Positions 22,189-30,790 of a stretch of 64,000 nucleotides of DNA are shown here, one piece after another (position 1 is the stretch's first letter; every line of letters begins with the position of its first letter). A program made the position numbers and the translations under genes. The stretch lies in NCBI GenBank assembly GCA_000004985.1, contig GG738845.1; one strand, written 5' to 3'. The notes under the pieces are model-generated. The model was not told the DNA's origin and did not search any database. It saw nothing but the letters and a program-made list of their open reading frames with translations. Origin of the DNA: Naegleria gruberi. Lineage: Eukaryota.

Positions 22189-22965
22189 TTATTCAATTTT
22201 TATTAATAAGGGAGGTATCAATTTTATCCTCCAACCAGTGATCATTTGTTCCAGTAATTCCATTTCATTTGTATATTCTTGTTGAGTGTTGTTATTTTCT
22301 TTCGATTTCATTTGAGTGAAATGTTTTTCAATTTTAAATACAGTATTATAATATGAGCCCTCATTGCAATAGAAATACATTTCAATATCCATAATAATTT
22401 TCATATATCCATCCACATATGAAAATGACATGTTTAGAATGTCTATTGATTGAATGGTTTCCACTTTTGGGTATGTTAACTCTATTGATTTCAAATCATT
22501 TTTACAATTCTCTGGAAGCAATATGCCATACTCGTCAATTAAATCCCTATTCTTTACGATTTCCAAATATTTTACAAGTAAATGATTTTTAAAAACAAAA
22601 AACAAGAATAAATCCTTTTCAAATAATGGTTCAAAATCTCTAATATTAATCAAATCTGTTGCACTCCTTGCTTCCGCCAATTGATCTGACTTTGATCTCA
22701 AATAATTATTTTTATATTCTGCATCATCCCAAGAATTGAAAAATATATTCTTAAACTCATATTTGTATTCATCTAATTTCCTAATCAATAATTTAGATTT
22801 ATCATCAATCGAGTCGAGTATTTTTCTAAAATTATAAGAATAGGATATTGGTTTTTTCTGTTTTTGGTATTGCAACAACGCTGAATGTGAATGGAGAGGA
22901 AGCAAACAAGTTTTTCCCGTCCTAGAAGAGTACAGTGGTGTACTGTTTCTTATTATTTTTTTCAT
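22189..22965 (-). CDS. hypothetical protein (258 aa)
   Basis: Single ORF with a basic N-terminus; no family recognised. Confidence 0.4.
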   Translation of the reverse strand: MKKIIRNSTPLYSSRTGKTCLLPLHSHSALLQYQKQKKPISYSYNFRKILDSIDDKSKLLIRKLDEYKYEFKNIFFNSWDDAEYKNNYLRSKSDQLAEARSATDLINIRDFEPLFEKDLFLFFVFKNHLLVKYLEIVKNRDLIDEYGILLPENCKNDLKSIELTYPKVETIQSIDILNMSFSYVDGYMKIIMDIEMYFYCNEGSYYNTVFKIEKHFTQMKSKENNNTQQEYTNEMELLEQMITGWRIKLIPPLLIKIE

Positions 22966-23193
22966 TTTAATTGCAAGATGACGGTTTCATCATGAGCAAG
23001 AACATCATCTTTAAACGACTTGCCATCATCATTTTGATTCAATTCCATCAATAAAGTGTTCTTTCTTTCTGAATTGTTATTTCATAAAATTCTGTGCTTC
23101 AACAAAAGTTTGATAATTTTTGAATCTAAAAAAAATTTGAACATTTGCTAGGAGCCTCTATCATCACGGAAAGAATTCGATTTTACTAACAAA

Positions 23194-24975
23194 ATGAATG
23201 AACAACAAATATTTATTTCGGAACAATTGGAACTTCAAGTTGATTCTTTGAACGAGTTGAAATATAAAAAAGTCTTTGCTAATGAAGAAATTGCCAAGAT
23301 TGTTCAAAAACGTACAGATTACTTGTACTTGTTGGCTTCATCACTTCCTAAGGAAGATTTATTACATCCATATTTATCACACATGCTATTCGAATTGAAT
23401 TTATTACAATTAATTAAAACTAGACTCAAATTGAATAAGAAGAAGAATAATGATTTTAATATTCACTTACAATTTCCATATAATCAATACAAGATTGGTA
23501 TTGCTAAATTTAGTACACAAATTTATCTTATGAAATCTTATATTGACTTCTGTATGCAATATCAATTGAAACCAAACTCTGCTTTTGACCAAGTTTTATC
23601 AAAACACTCTAATCAAGAACAATTGTGGTTATTATACTCTAAATTTGAATTTGAATATAATCAAGCTATTGATAGTGGTATTCAAATTTTAAAGAATGGT
23701 ATCAAGGCAATTCCACATACTAGTCAATACTTACACTTGGAATTATTGAAATTATACTTGATTAAAGCGGAATATGCTGAATTTAGAATGCTTTTCAATA
23801 GTGTATTAGAAAATTTAAATAATGTAGAATATGGATACTTTTTTGAAATTATTAAATTATTAATGTTCTATTATAGAGAAGAATTGACCAAGAATGATGA
23901 AGAACAAGATGATATGAGCGATGATGAAGAACCAACTTCAACTGAAAAACATGAATTCTTCACTGAAATGATTGAATTCATTCTTGAAAAGGTATTATTG
24001 AAGAATTATAGAAATGATGAAAAGTGCTTGTACGAAATTTTCAAGTTCAAACTGACCTATTTCAATAATAATACTGATTATGAAGAGTTAATCTCCAATA
24101 TGGAGAATATTTGCGATAGAATTTGTCATACCAGCAAAATGTATCACTATTACATGTTATTATTAATTGATATTTTTAATATTACAAAGAAGGTTGAATA
24201 CATTAATAGAATTCACTCAGTCTTTGGAAAGATGAATACTTTCAACTTGTTGACCTTTAGGACAATTTTAATTTATTCTAACATTTTATTATCTATTGAA
24301 GATAACTCTCAACAAGTTGTCAAAGTTTTGAAGCAATTACACTTGATTAACTCTAATCACTCTAGTGACTTTTTCAAGTGCTTACTCTTACTTTTAGATT
24401 TGACTAAATATAGCAGAGACTCTATTGATTATTCTGTGAAATTGGTAAATGAAAAGAGTGCTGACAATGAATTCAAGATTCAATTCTATGAACAATTATT
24501 TACCAATATTTCTAAATCAGTATCACAAGAACAACTCCAACATTTATATTTGGATGGTATTAAGAATACAGGAAACTCACACGAAATCAAAAAGTTATAC
24601 TTTAAACATATTATTGATAATGTGGCACAAGGCGATTATCAAAAATTGGACAAGTATGTGAAATTAATTCTCTCCCTACCACCAAATTCCCATCAAGTTT
24701 ATCAAATGATGATTACTTACATTACCAAACATTTGACTGGTTTGGAATCAGCAAGTTGTGGCAATTATCACTCACTGTTAGGATATTTATATGAACAACA
24801 AATGGTTGAAAATAGACATGATTGGAAAGTTTACATTCAATATATGCAATATTTAAAGAAACAAAATCGTTTGAAGAATATTTCATCAGTTTACCAAAAG
24901 GCTGTTAATGCCTTGTCTGGTAAATCAGAAGAATTATCAGCTTTTGTTCAACATTATGATAAATATGTTAAATAA
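23194..24975 (+). CDS. Utp6-like HAT/TPR-repeat protein (U3 small-subunit processome component)
   Basis: The N-terminus EQLELQVDSLNELKYKKVFANEEIAKIVQKRTDYLYLL matches the Utp6 N-terminal domain pattern (L..E.M.PEL.DL....F...EI..IV.KR..FE..L). It is followed by helical repeat-like segments with an acidic insert. Confidence 0.6.
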   Translation: MNEQQIFISEQLELQVDSLNELKYKKVFANEEIAKIVQKRTDYLYLLASSLPKEDLLHPYLSHMLFELNLLQLIKTRLKLNKKKNNDFNIHLQFPYNQYKIGIAKFSTQIYLMKSYIDFCMQYQLKPNSAFDQVLSKHSNQEQLWLLYSKFEFEYNQAIDSGIQILKNGIKAIPHTSQYLHLELLKLYLIKAEYAEFRMLFNSVLENLNNVEYGYFFEIIKLLMFYYREELTKNDEEQDDMSDDEEPTSTEKHEFFTEMIEFILEKVLLKNYRNDEKCLYEIFKFKLTYFNNNTDYEELISNMENICDRICHTSKMYHYYMLLLIDIFNITKKVEYINRIHSVFGKMNTFNLLTFRTILIYSNILLSIEDNSQQVVKVLKQLHLINSNHSSDFFKCLLLLLDLTKYSRDSIDYSVKLVNEKSADNEFKIQFYEQLFTNISKSVSQEQLQHLYLDGIKNTGNSHEIKKLYFKHIIDNVAQGDYQKLDKYVKLILSLPPNSHQVYQMMITYITKHLTGLESASCGNYHSLLGYLYEQQMVENRHDWKVYIQYMQYLKKQNRLKNISSVYQKAVNALSGKSEELSAFVQHYDKYVK

Positions 24976-25159
24976 AATTAATTCTCTCTGCAGACAATTA
25001 TTTAAATTCTTATCAGAAAAAAATTATTGAAAAATTAAAAAAAATTTAAACGTTTATTAATCGTATGAACCCGACGGGTTCGTCTTGATGATATTACGAA
25101 TATTAAATAATAAATTCTTTCTTGTTGGGATTGCTTTGTTCATTTCTTGTAACTCTGTG

Positions 25160-25303
25160 GACACAAATACTTGGCTTGAACACCCTATGCTGGAACCCCG
25201 GGTAGTATAGGGTACGGTGACTTAACCCGACGTAAGTATTGCGGCAACACACTGTGGTCTCAGGGTCAACAGTGTAGTTACTGGGTGGTACGACATTTTT
25301 TTT
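25160..25303 (+). ncRNA. candidate small structured RNA (GC-rich island ending in T8; class undetermined)
   Basis: About 120 nt of locally GC-rich sequence (ccccgggtagtatagggtacggtgacttaacccgacg...gggtggtacgac), terminated by tttttttt, within otherwise AT-rich intergenic DNA. Confidence 0.25.
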
Positions 25304-25324
25304 GAGACGGAAAAATTAAAAAAA

Positions 25325-26377
25325 ATGAAAACATCACAACTCTTTATTAAACCAAAATTAATTTTCGGAAAGAATTTTTCATCATGTCAACAACTTTTTA
25401 AAACAACAATATCACAACAATCCATTAGATGTTTTTCAACAAGAAATTTACAATTGGAACAACAAAATAAGCCTTCCATTGATAAAATTTTACAAAAGGA
25501 TTTTCCATCATCAAAGAAGGAGGCAACAATAGTAAATCAACCACCAAGAGAGACACTTTCATCGTTTTTTAAATCACCATTTCTCAAGAGGGATAATGAA
25601 CAAGAGGAATATCTTGGACCAATTCGTGAAATGATTTCTGTGAGTATGAAGGAAGTTCCTACAGGAGCACTTATTGCTACAGGTGTTGCTATTTTACCAG
25701 TTATGGTTGGTGCTGCATCCTTCTATTTTTCATCACTTCCTGCCTATGTTTTGTTTGGATATCAACTCAATTATTCTTCTACATTGTTAACATTGTTGGG
25801 TGCTTCACATTTGGGATTTTTGTTTGCTGATTATGTGCATCCAGCAAAATTCAAGTCTTACATCATGTCACAAAATACTAATTTTGATCCAACAACAGCA
25901 GCAAAACAAGAGGAAGTGGATATTAGCAAGGAATTGGAAAAGAGAAAAACAGCCCATACTGTTATGAGATTTGTTCTCTTCTCGTTTTGTCAATTGGTTG
26001 CCTTCTCTTGTTTGGCACTTCCAGTTGTTAAATCCTCATTATTATTGGCTGGTACATTTTCAATCTTGTCATATTATGATGCTGTAATGACAAGTCGTGG
26101 TTTGGCTCCAAACTGGTTCACTTCACTCAAGGTGCCAATCACCATCGTCCTTGTTGCCACAATTCTTTCATCATTATTCTTCTATCTGATTTATGGAGCT
26201 ATGGAACAATTTGATGAAGATACCGAAAAGGAATTACAAAAATTCGAAGATTCACGAAAGAAGGGAGGTTTGAGAGAAACTATCAACTTTGTTGAAGAAG
26301 CCAAAGCAAAGAAGGAACACCTTGTTCAACTCTCAGAACAAAAGCAAAAACTTTTGGAAGGAGTCAAGAAGGAATAA
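25325..26377 (+). CDS. hypothetical multi-TM membrane protein with C-terminal coiled-coil/charged tail
   Basis: 350-aa ORF. Presequence-like N-terminus, several hydrophobic helices, C-terminal EKELQKFEDSRKKGG...KQKLLEGVKKE. Confidence 0.5.
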   Translation: MKTSQLFIKPKLIFGKNFSSCQQLFKTTISQQSIRCFSTRNLQLEQQNKPSIDKILQKDFPSSKKEATIVNQPPRETLSSFFKSPFLKRDNEQEEYLGPIREMISVSMKEVPTGALIATGVAILPVMVGAASFYFSSLPAYVLFGYQLNYSSTLLTLLGASHLGFLFADYVHPAKFKSYIMSQNTNFDPTTAAKQEEVDISKELEKRKTAHTVMRFVLFSFCQLVAFSCLALPVVKSSLLLAGTFSILSYYDAVMTSRGLAPNWFTSLKVPITIVLVATILSSLFFYLIYGAMEQFDEDTEKELQKFEDSRKKGGLRETINFVEEAKAKKEHLVQLSEQKQKLLEGVKKE

Positions 26378-26534
26378 AAGATTTTTGACTTTACTGATAC
26401 TTTACAATGAGCAGTCTGGCCGCTGATTGATATGTGCACTCCAGACTTTGATTAATTCACTATTTACATTGTGTCGCAACCTTGAAATCACGAGAGGCTG
26501 GTTTTACTAATAATGTGCACATACCGATCTGTTT

Positions 26535-27330
26535 TCACATGGTTGTATTCAAAGTATTCTGAAGTGCCATTGAAACTAAATCATTGTCTAGGGCAACCTT
26601 GACAAATTCGTCTCTTGAAATTGAGCCGTCCTTATCTGCATCCAATTTGGCAAAAAATTCATTTGAGAATTCTTCTACTGTCTTTCCACATTTTTGAAAT
26701 TCCTTTGGGAAACTTCTGTAAAGTTGAAAAATCATTCTCTCCACTTCATCCTTGGTAATTTTTCCAGTCTTTTACTTAGCTTAATATATTATTCAATTTC
26801 ATTAAAACCTACTCTATCTGTATCGTAAACTTCAAATGCACTTTACAATTTGATTTTCCATTATTGATATATATTCAATGATCAAATACTCACAATAAGA
26901 CCTTCTCCTCAGCTGTTGCTCTCGTATATAATGTCATGGTCACAACATATTCCGCTATAGATACTATTCCATCATTATCCATATCAAAAAGACTAAGGTT
27001 CAACATTAATAGTATTTTCGATTTGGCCATTGGTTGTTCAATATTACACTTGAAAGACACACAACTTACAAATATAAAGAATCTACCATAGGTGTGGTTG
27101 GATTTGCCAAATTAACAATCTTGGCCAACTGTTCTCTCGGAATTGAACCATAAGGAAAACGTTGTGCCAATGATTGAAATAATTTCCGCACTTCTTCCTT
27201 ATCCAAATTTAAGGCCTTACACACTCTGCTTATTTCCTGCATTGTTCGTTGATATGAGTGCAGGATTTTAATAATTAAGGTAAGCCACTACTCCACACAG
27301 AAAAAATCTGTTACGTACTGATGATTGTTG
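26535..27330 (-). CDS. neuronal-calcium-sensor (recoverin/frequenin)-type EF-hand protein, N-myristoylation motif, at least 4 exons
   Basis: By hand translation exon 1 is ATGGGCTCACAACAATCATCA (MGSQQSS, MGxxxS myristoylation consensus), followed by a GTACGT...AATGCAG intron. Later exons encode EISRVCKALNLDKEEVRKLFQSLAQRFPYGSIPREQL, the EF-hand loop LFDMDNDGIVSIAEY, and the last exon FAKLDADKDGSISRDEFVKVALDNDLVSMALQ. Confidence 0.75.
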
Positions 27331-27581
27331 TGAGCCCATTTTTTTCAAATTTACCTCCTAACCTGTTTTTGTGGCCGTTTTCTGTTAAGTTATCATGATT
27401 CTGTAAAGATTTTCTCAATCATTATTTCCTAACTTGTACTTGTATTAATTTGGAAAGTTTATTCAGTAAGTAATACTGAAAACAATCTCAATTCACTAAT
27501 AATTCACGAATAAAAAGGTTCATGATTTAAATGTCTAAACTCATTTCTCAATTCTTGTAAATTAGTAATTCTCTCTCTTAT

Positions 27582-28562
27582 TTATTTTTCTTGATTTTCA
27601 TTGACTTGTTCTGTTGTTGTTGTTGAAGTCAAATCCAAAGTTGGGGTAGCTCTTTCAGAGAATTTGTTAAAAGAGGATATCAGTGTTTCAATCTTAGGGT
27701 ACAAATTAGTTCCATTAGGACTCTTAATTTCTCTAAATAAAGTGGTAAATCTTTCTGGAGCAACTCGGTCATATATTGGCATTACCCAATCTCTCATCCA
27801 AGTACTATTTTCCAAAGGTGTGAATGGATCAAAACGACCAACATGTATTGAGTGTGCAACAGCAATAGAAGCACCAATAAAACCACTTCTAACAATCTTT
27901 TTGAAAGGAGAAGGTGTTCTATAGAGCATACCTGCTAACATACCAGCAAACAAGGCATTAATTGGTGGATTTTTCATTTCATCATAAACTTCAACACCTT
28001 CCTCTTCATTAGCAAGTTCTCCGTTTTCATTAAAATTAAAAGTAGAAAGATTTGAAATATTATCTTGTGCTTCCTTCTCTTCACGATTCTTCTTATCTTC
28101 ATCATTTTCTGGTACTTTACCCAAATAATTCATTCCGATATCAACAAAGTTATAAAAAAGCATGGCAGCAGCAACACTATTGGCAAGTTTTAAACTTCTT
28201 GCCAATGAATGGTTAAGAACGGCATTAAAACGAACTTTTAAAGAACCTCCTTGACCAAATCTAAGACCATGATAAGCTCCTTGTACTGCACCCAATCCCA
28301 AACATCCTATATATACTCTACCGACAAGATTCATAGACTTTTCCAAAATTCTATTGTTGTCTTGTTCATCAAGTTCTAAATATTCTGGAGGAGGAGTGTT
28401 TTGGTCAAAGTGATATTCTGCTGGAAGGGCTTGTTGTTGTGTTGTATAGGTACGTAAATTTCTCAGGAAATCAACACCACTTTTTGGCTGTTGTTGTTGA
28501 TGATGTTCTTGAGTGGATGATGAAGTATCGGAAGACATTTTTTTTATCGGAGACTCAATCAA
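27582..28562 (-). CDS. Tim17/Tim22/Tim23/OEP16-family membrane protein (putative Tim23-like) with long N-terminal extension and internal acidic insert
   Basis: Gly-zipper TM segments GCLGLGAVQGAYHGLRFGQGG and FAGMLAGMLY...GFIGASIAVAHS are typical of the family. Ser/Gln-rich N-terminus and an EDKKNREEKEAQD insert. Confidence 0.45.
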   Translation of the reverse strand: MIESPIKKMSSDTSSSTQEHHQQQQPKSGVDFLRNLRTYTTQQQALPAEYHFDQNTPPPEYLELDEQDNNRILEKSMNLVGRVYIGCLGLGAVQGAYHGLRFGQGGSLKVRFNAVLNHSLARSLKLANSVAAAMLFYNFVDIGMNYLGKVPENDEDKKNREEKEAQDNISNLSTFNFNENGELANEEEGVEVYDEMKNPPINALFAGMLAGMLYRTPSPFKKIVRSGFIGASIAVAHSIHVGRFDPFTPLENSTWMRDWVMPIYDRVAPERFTTLFREIKSPNGTNLYPKIETLISSFNKFSERATPTLDLTSTTTTEQVNENQEK

Positions 28563-28728
28563 TTCTTGTTATTTTATTAAATATTAAAAATAATTTTGAT
28601 TGGGTAAAGAGAAGAAATGTGAAAAAATTTAACAATTCAAACTGTGCAGCAAGTAATAATGCAAATAATAACTTTTTTAACAAAGAATCGAAAAGAAATA
28701 ATATGTTTAATCCAATGCAAAAACAAAC

Positions 28729-28801
28729 CGCCCACCGTGGGGGTCGAACCCACGACCACAAGGTTAAGAGCCTTGCGCTCTACCGACTGAGCTAGACGGG
28801 C
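28729..28801 (-). tRNA. tRNA-Lys (anticodon CTT)
   Basis: The reverse complement reads GCCCGTC TA GCTCAGTCGGTAGAGC G CAAGG CTCTTAA CCTTG TGGTC GTGGG TTCGACC CCCAC GGTGGGC G. It has a cloverleaf with D-loop, T-loop GTTCGA and anticodon loop CT-CTT-AA. A T-rich run follows downstream on the minus strand. Confidence 0.9.
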
Positions 28802-28958
28802 TACGGATTATTCATTCTAATGTTTCTACAAGTACATAAAATTTAGAAATGAAGAATAGCAAGATTCCAATTCACTAAAACAATTAATTAGATATCTTTC
28901 GTGTCATAATTTACCAAGCCAATGTGAATAATTTATTTCACCAACAAAATATTAAAAA

Positions 28959-29387
28959 ATGAAGAAACAATCAAACACCAATGTAAATACATCGACATCA
29001 TCAATAAATGCTCCATCCTCAAATAATCAATCAACAACATCATCGACCAGTGGTGGTAATAATCCAAGAAAACCTAGAGAAAATATTTTAGACTTGAATC
29101 AATATATTTCTAAACAAGTTTTGGTTAAATTTATCGGAGGTAGAGAAGTTTATGGTACACTGAGAGGATTTGATAATATGATTAATTTGGTTTTGGAAGA
29201 TTGCTATGAATTTATTAGAGATTTACAAGATCATCACAATAGACAAACCGATGAAAATAACAAACAATATGTAAGAAAGCTAGGAATTGTAATTTGTAGA
29301 GGTACCTCACTGATGCATTTGTGTCCTGTCGATGGTACAGAAGAAATTGAAAACCCTTTTGAAGATAATGAAGATGGTAATGAATAA
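28959..29387 (+). CDS. Sm-like protein LSm7 with Asn/Ser/Thr-rich N-terminal extension
   Basis: ILDLNQYISKQVLVKFIGGREVYGTLRGFDNMINLVLEDCYEF...KLGIVICRGTSLMHLCPVDGTEEIENPF matches the LSm7 Sm1/Sm2 motifs (LVVCRGTS...CP.DG.E.I.NPF). Confidence 0.8.
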   Translation: MKKQSNTNVNTSTSSINAPSSNNQSTTSSTSGGNNPRKPRENILDLNQYISKQVLVKFIGGREVYGTLRGFDNMINLVLEDCYEFIRDLQDHHNRQTDENNKQYVRKLGIVICRGTSLMHLCPVDGTEEIENPFEDNEDGNE

Positions 29388-29477
29388 AATAATATTTTAA
29401 TTTATTATTGCTTTAATTATTATTATTAAAATTAATTGTTGATATTAAAGAATAATGATTAATTTTAAATACAACAA

Positions 29478-30716
29478 TTGCACAAAATAATAAACAATTT
29501 ACTACTAAACAAAGCCTTCACTTCTAAAATTCGCCTATTTTATCCAATTAATCGGACCATTCAATCTATTAACTTTAAAAAAATGTTTAAAAATCAACTC
29601 CTCGTTCAACAATTCATCAAATACTCACAACGTAATCCAACAGTTGTTAGAAACGTTTTGCAATCTAGTATTCTCAGAGCATCATCACATAACAATGTTG
29701 TTTCATCATCAACTAAACAGTATCATACTAATCAAGTAAATAGAGTCTCCGATCGTGAAACTAATTGGGAAAAACAACATCGTGAAAGAATGGCTGCTCA
29801 AGAAAAGTTGTGGAAGGATGCTCCTGAAAAGGTTGTCAGATACTTTGTAGAATTTCAATTTATCAAGAATATGAATAGAAGTAAATTCCTTTTACTTTTA
29901 GTCATTTTGTTTGTTGGATTCTATGGTTATGATAAATTCTCAGGAAGTCACTCAATTGGTTCTGGTATTTATCAAATGATTAACGGACCAAAGAAATCCA
30001 CTACAATGACTAGTGAAGAACTTGCTCAAATGAATGGTGGTAGTGAGGATGATTCTCAAAATACTATTGCTGACAAGCCAGATCCACACAAAGTATTGAT
30101 TGAACGTATTGATCCATCCCGTATGAGAACATTCACATATTTAGATATTGAACATCAAGATTCTCGTTTTGAAAATAATGTAATTAAGGGACGTATAATT
30201 ATTGGATTGTATGATAAGGTTGTTCCTGTTACAAGTTACAATTTTGCCATGATGTGTCAACAAAAATTATTACAAAATACTATTTTCCACAGAGTTATTA
30301 ACAAATTCATGTTACAAGGAGGTGACACTAAACAAGGAACAGGCATGTCAAGTGTCCCATTTATTGGAAACCATGAAGCTAAGGCAGATTTACAAAATCA
30401 AATTAATGAATTAGTTATTAGGGATGCTTTGGGAAATGTTGTTCAATTCAAGGATGAAAACTTTGAATTGACACACTCTGAACCATACTTGTTATGTATG
30501 GCCAACAGAGGTCCAAACACAAATGGTTCTCAATTCTTTATTACAACTGTTAATACTCCTCATTTGGATGGTAAACATGTAGTCTTTGGTAAAGTTTTAC
30601 AAGGTATGGAAATTGTTGACCAATTACAAAAAGTCAGAACTTCCACACGTGACAAACCATTAGATTCAATTAAAATTACAGACTGTGGTATTATTCCAGT
30701 TGATGATTTGATTTAA
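29478..30716 (+). CDS. cyclophilin-type peptidyl-prolyl cis-trans isomerase with long N-terminal extension containing a TM/presequence-like segment
   Basis: HRVINKFMLQGGD, NTNGSQFFITTVNTPHLDGKHVVFGKVLQGMEIV and PLDSIKITDCG are hallmark cyclophilin motifs. The N-terminal 130 aa are basic/hydroxylated with a hydrophobic helix (FLLLLVILFVGFYGY). The true start may be an internal Met near 29583. Confidence 0.85.
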   Translation: MHKIINNLLLNKAFTSKIRLFYPINRTIQSINFKKMFKNQLLVQQFIKYSQRNPTVVRNVLQSSILRASSHNNVVSSSTKQYHTNQVNRVSDRETNWEKQHRERMAAQEKLWKDAPEKVVRYFVEFQFIKNMNRSKFLLLLVILFVGFYGYDKFSGSHSIGSGIYQMINGPKKSTTMTSEELAQMNGGSEDDSQNTIADKPDPHKVLIERIDPSRMRTFTYLDIEHQDSRFENNVIKGRIIIGLYDKVVPVTSYNFAMMCQQKLLQNTIFHRVINKFMLQGGDTKQGTGMSSVPFIGNHEAKADLQNQINELVIRDALGNVVQFKDENFELTHSEPYLLCMANRGPNTNGSQFFITTVNTPHLDGKHVVFGKVLQGMEIVDQLQKVRTSTRDKPLDSIKITDCGIIPVDDLI

Positions 30717-30790
30717 TAAATTTGTTAATTTAAGGATAAAGATGAATCGTTTCTGATGATTTCTTTTTTTAATAATTCGAAATTAAAAAA

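Noticed and set aside
25040-25110. tRNA around the GGGTTCG motif at 25075
   Set aside because: GGGTTCGTC resembles a T-loop. However, no acceptor/D/anticodon arms can be drawn; the motif is part of the palindrome AACCCGACGGGTT.
25160-25303. GC-rich island as a 5S rRNA gene
   Set aside because: The 3' portion (GTAGTTACTGGGTGGTACGAC + T-run) loosely resembles 5S domain gamma and terminator. I could not find a 5' segment complementary to the 3' end (helix I), nor the conserved loop A/B sequences. It is kept only as an unclassified ncRNA candidate.
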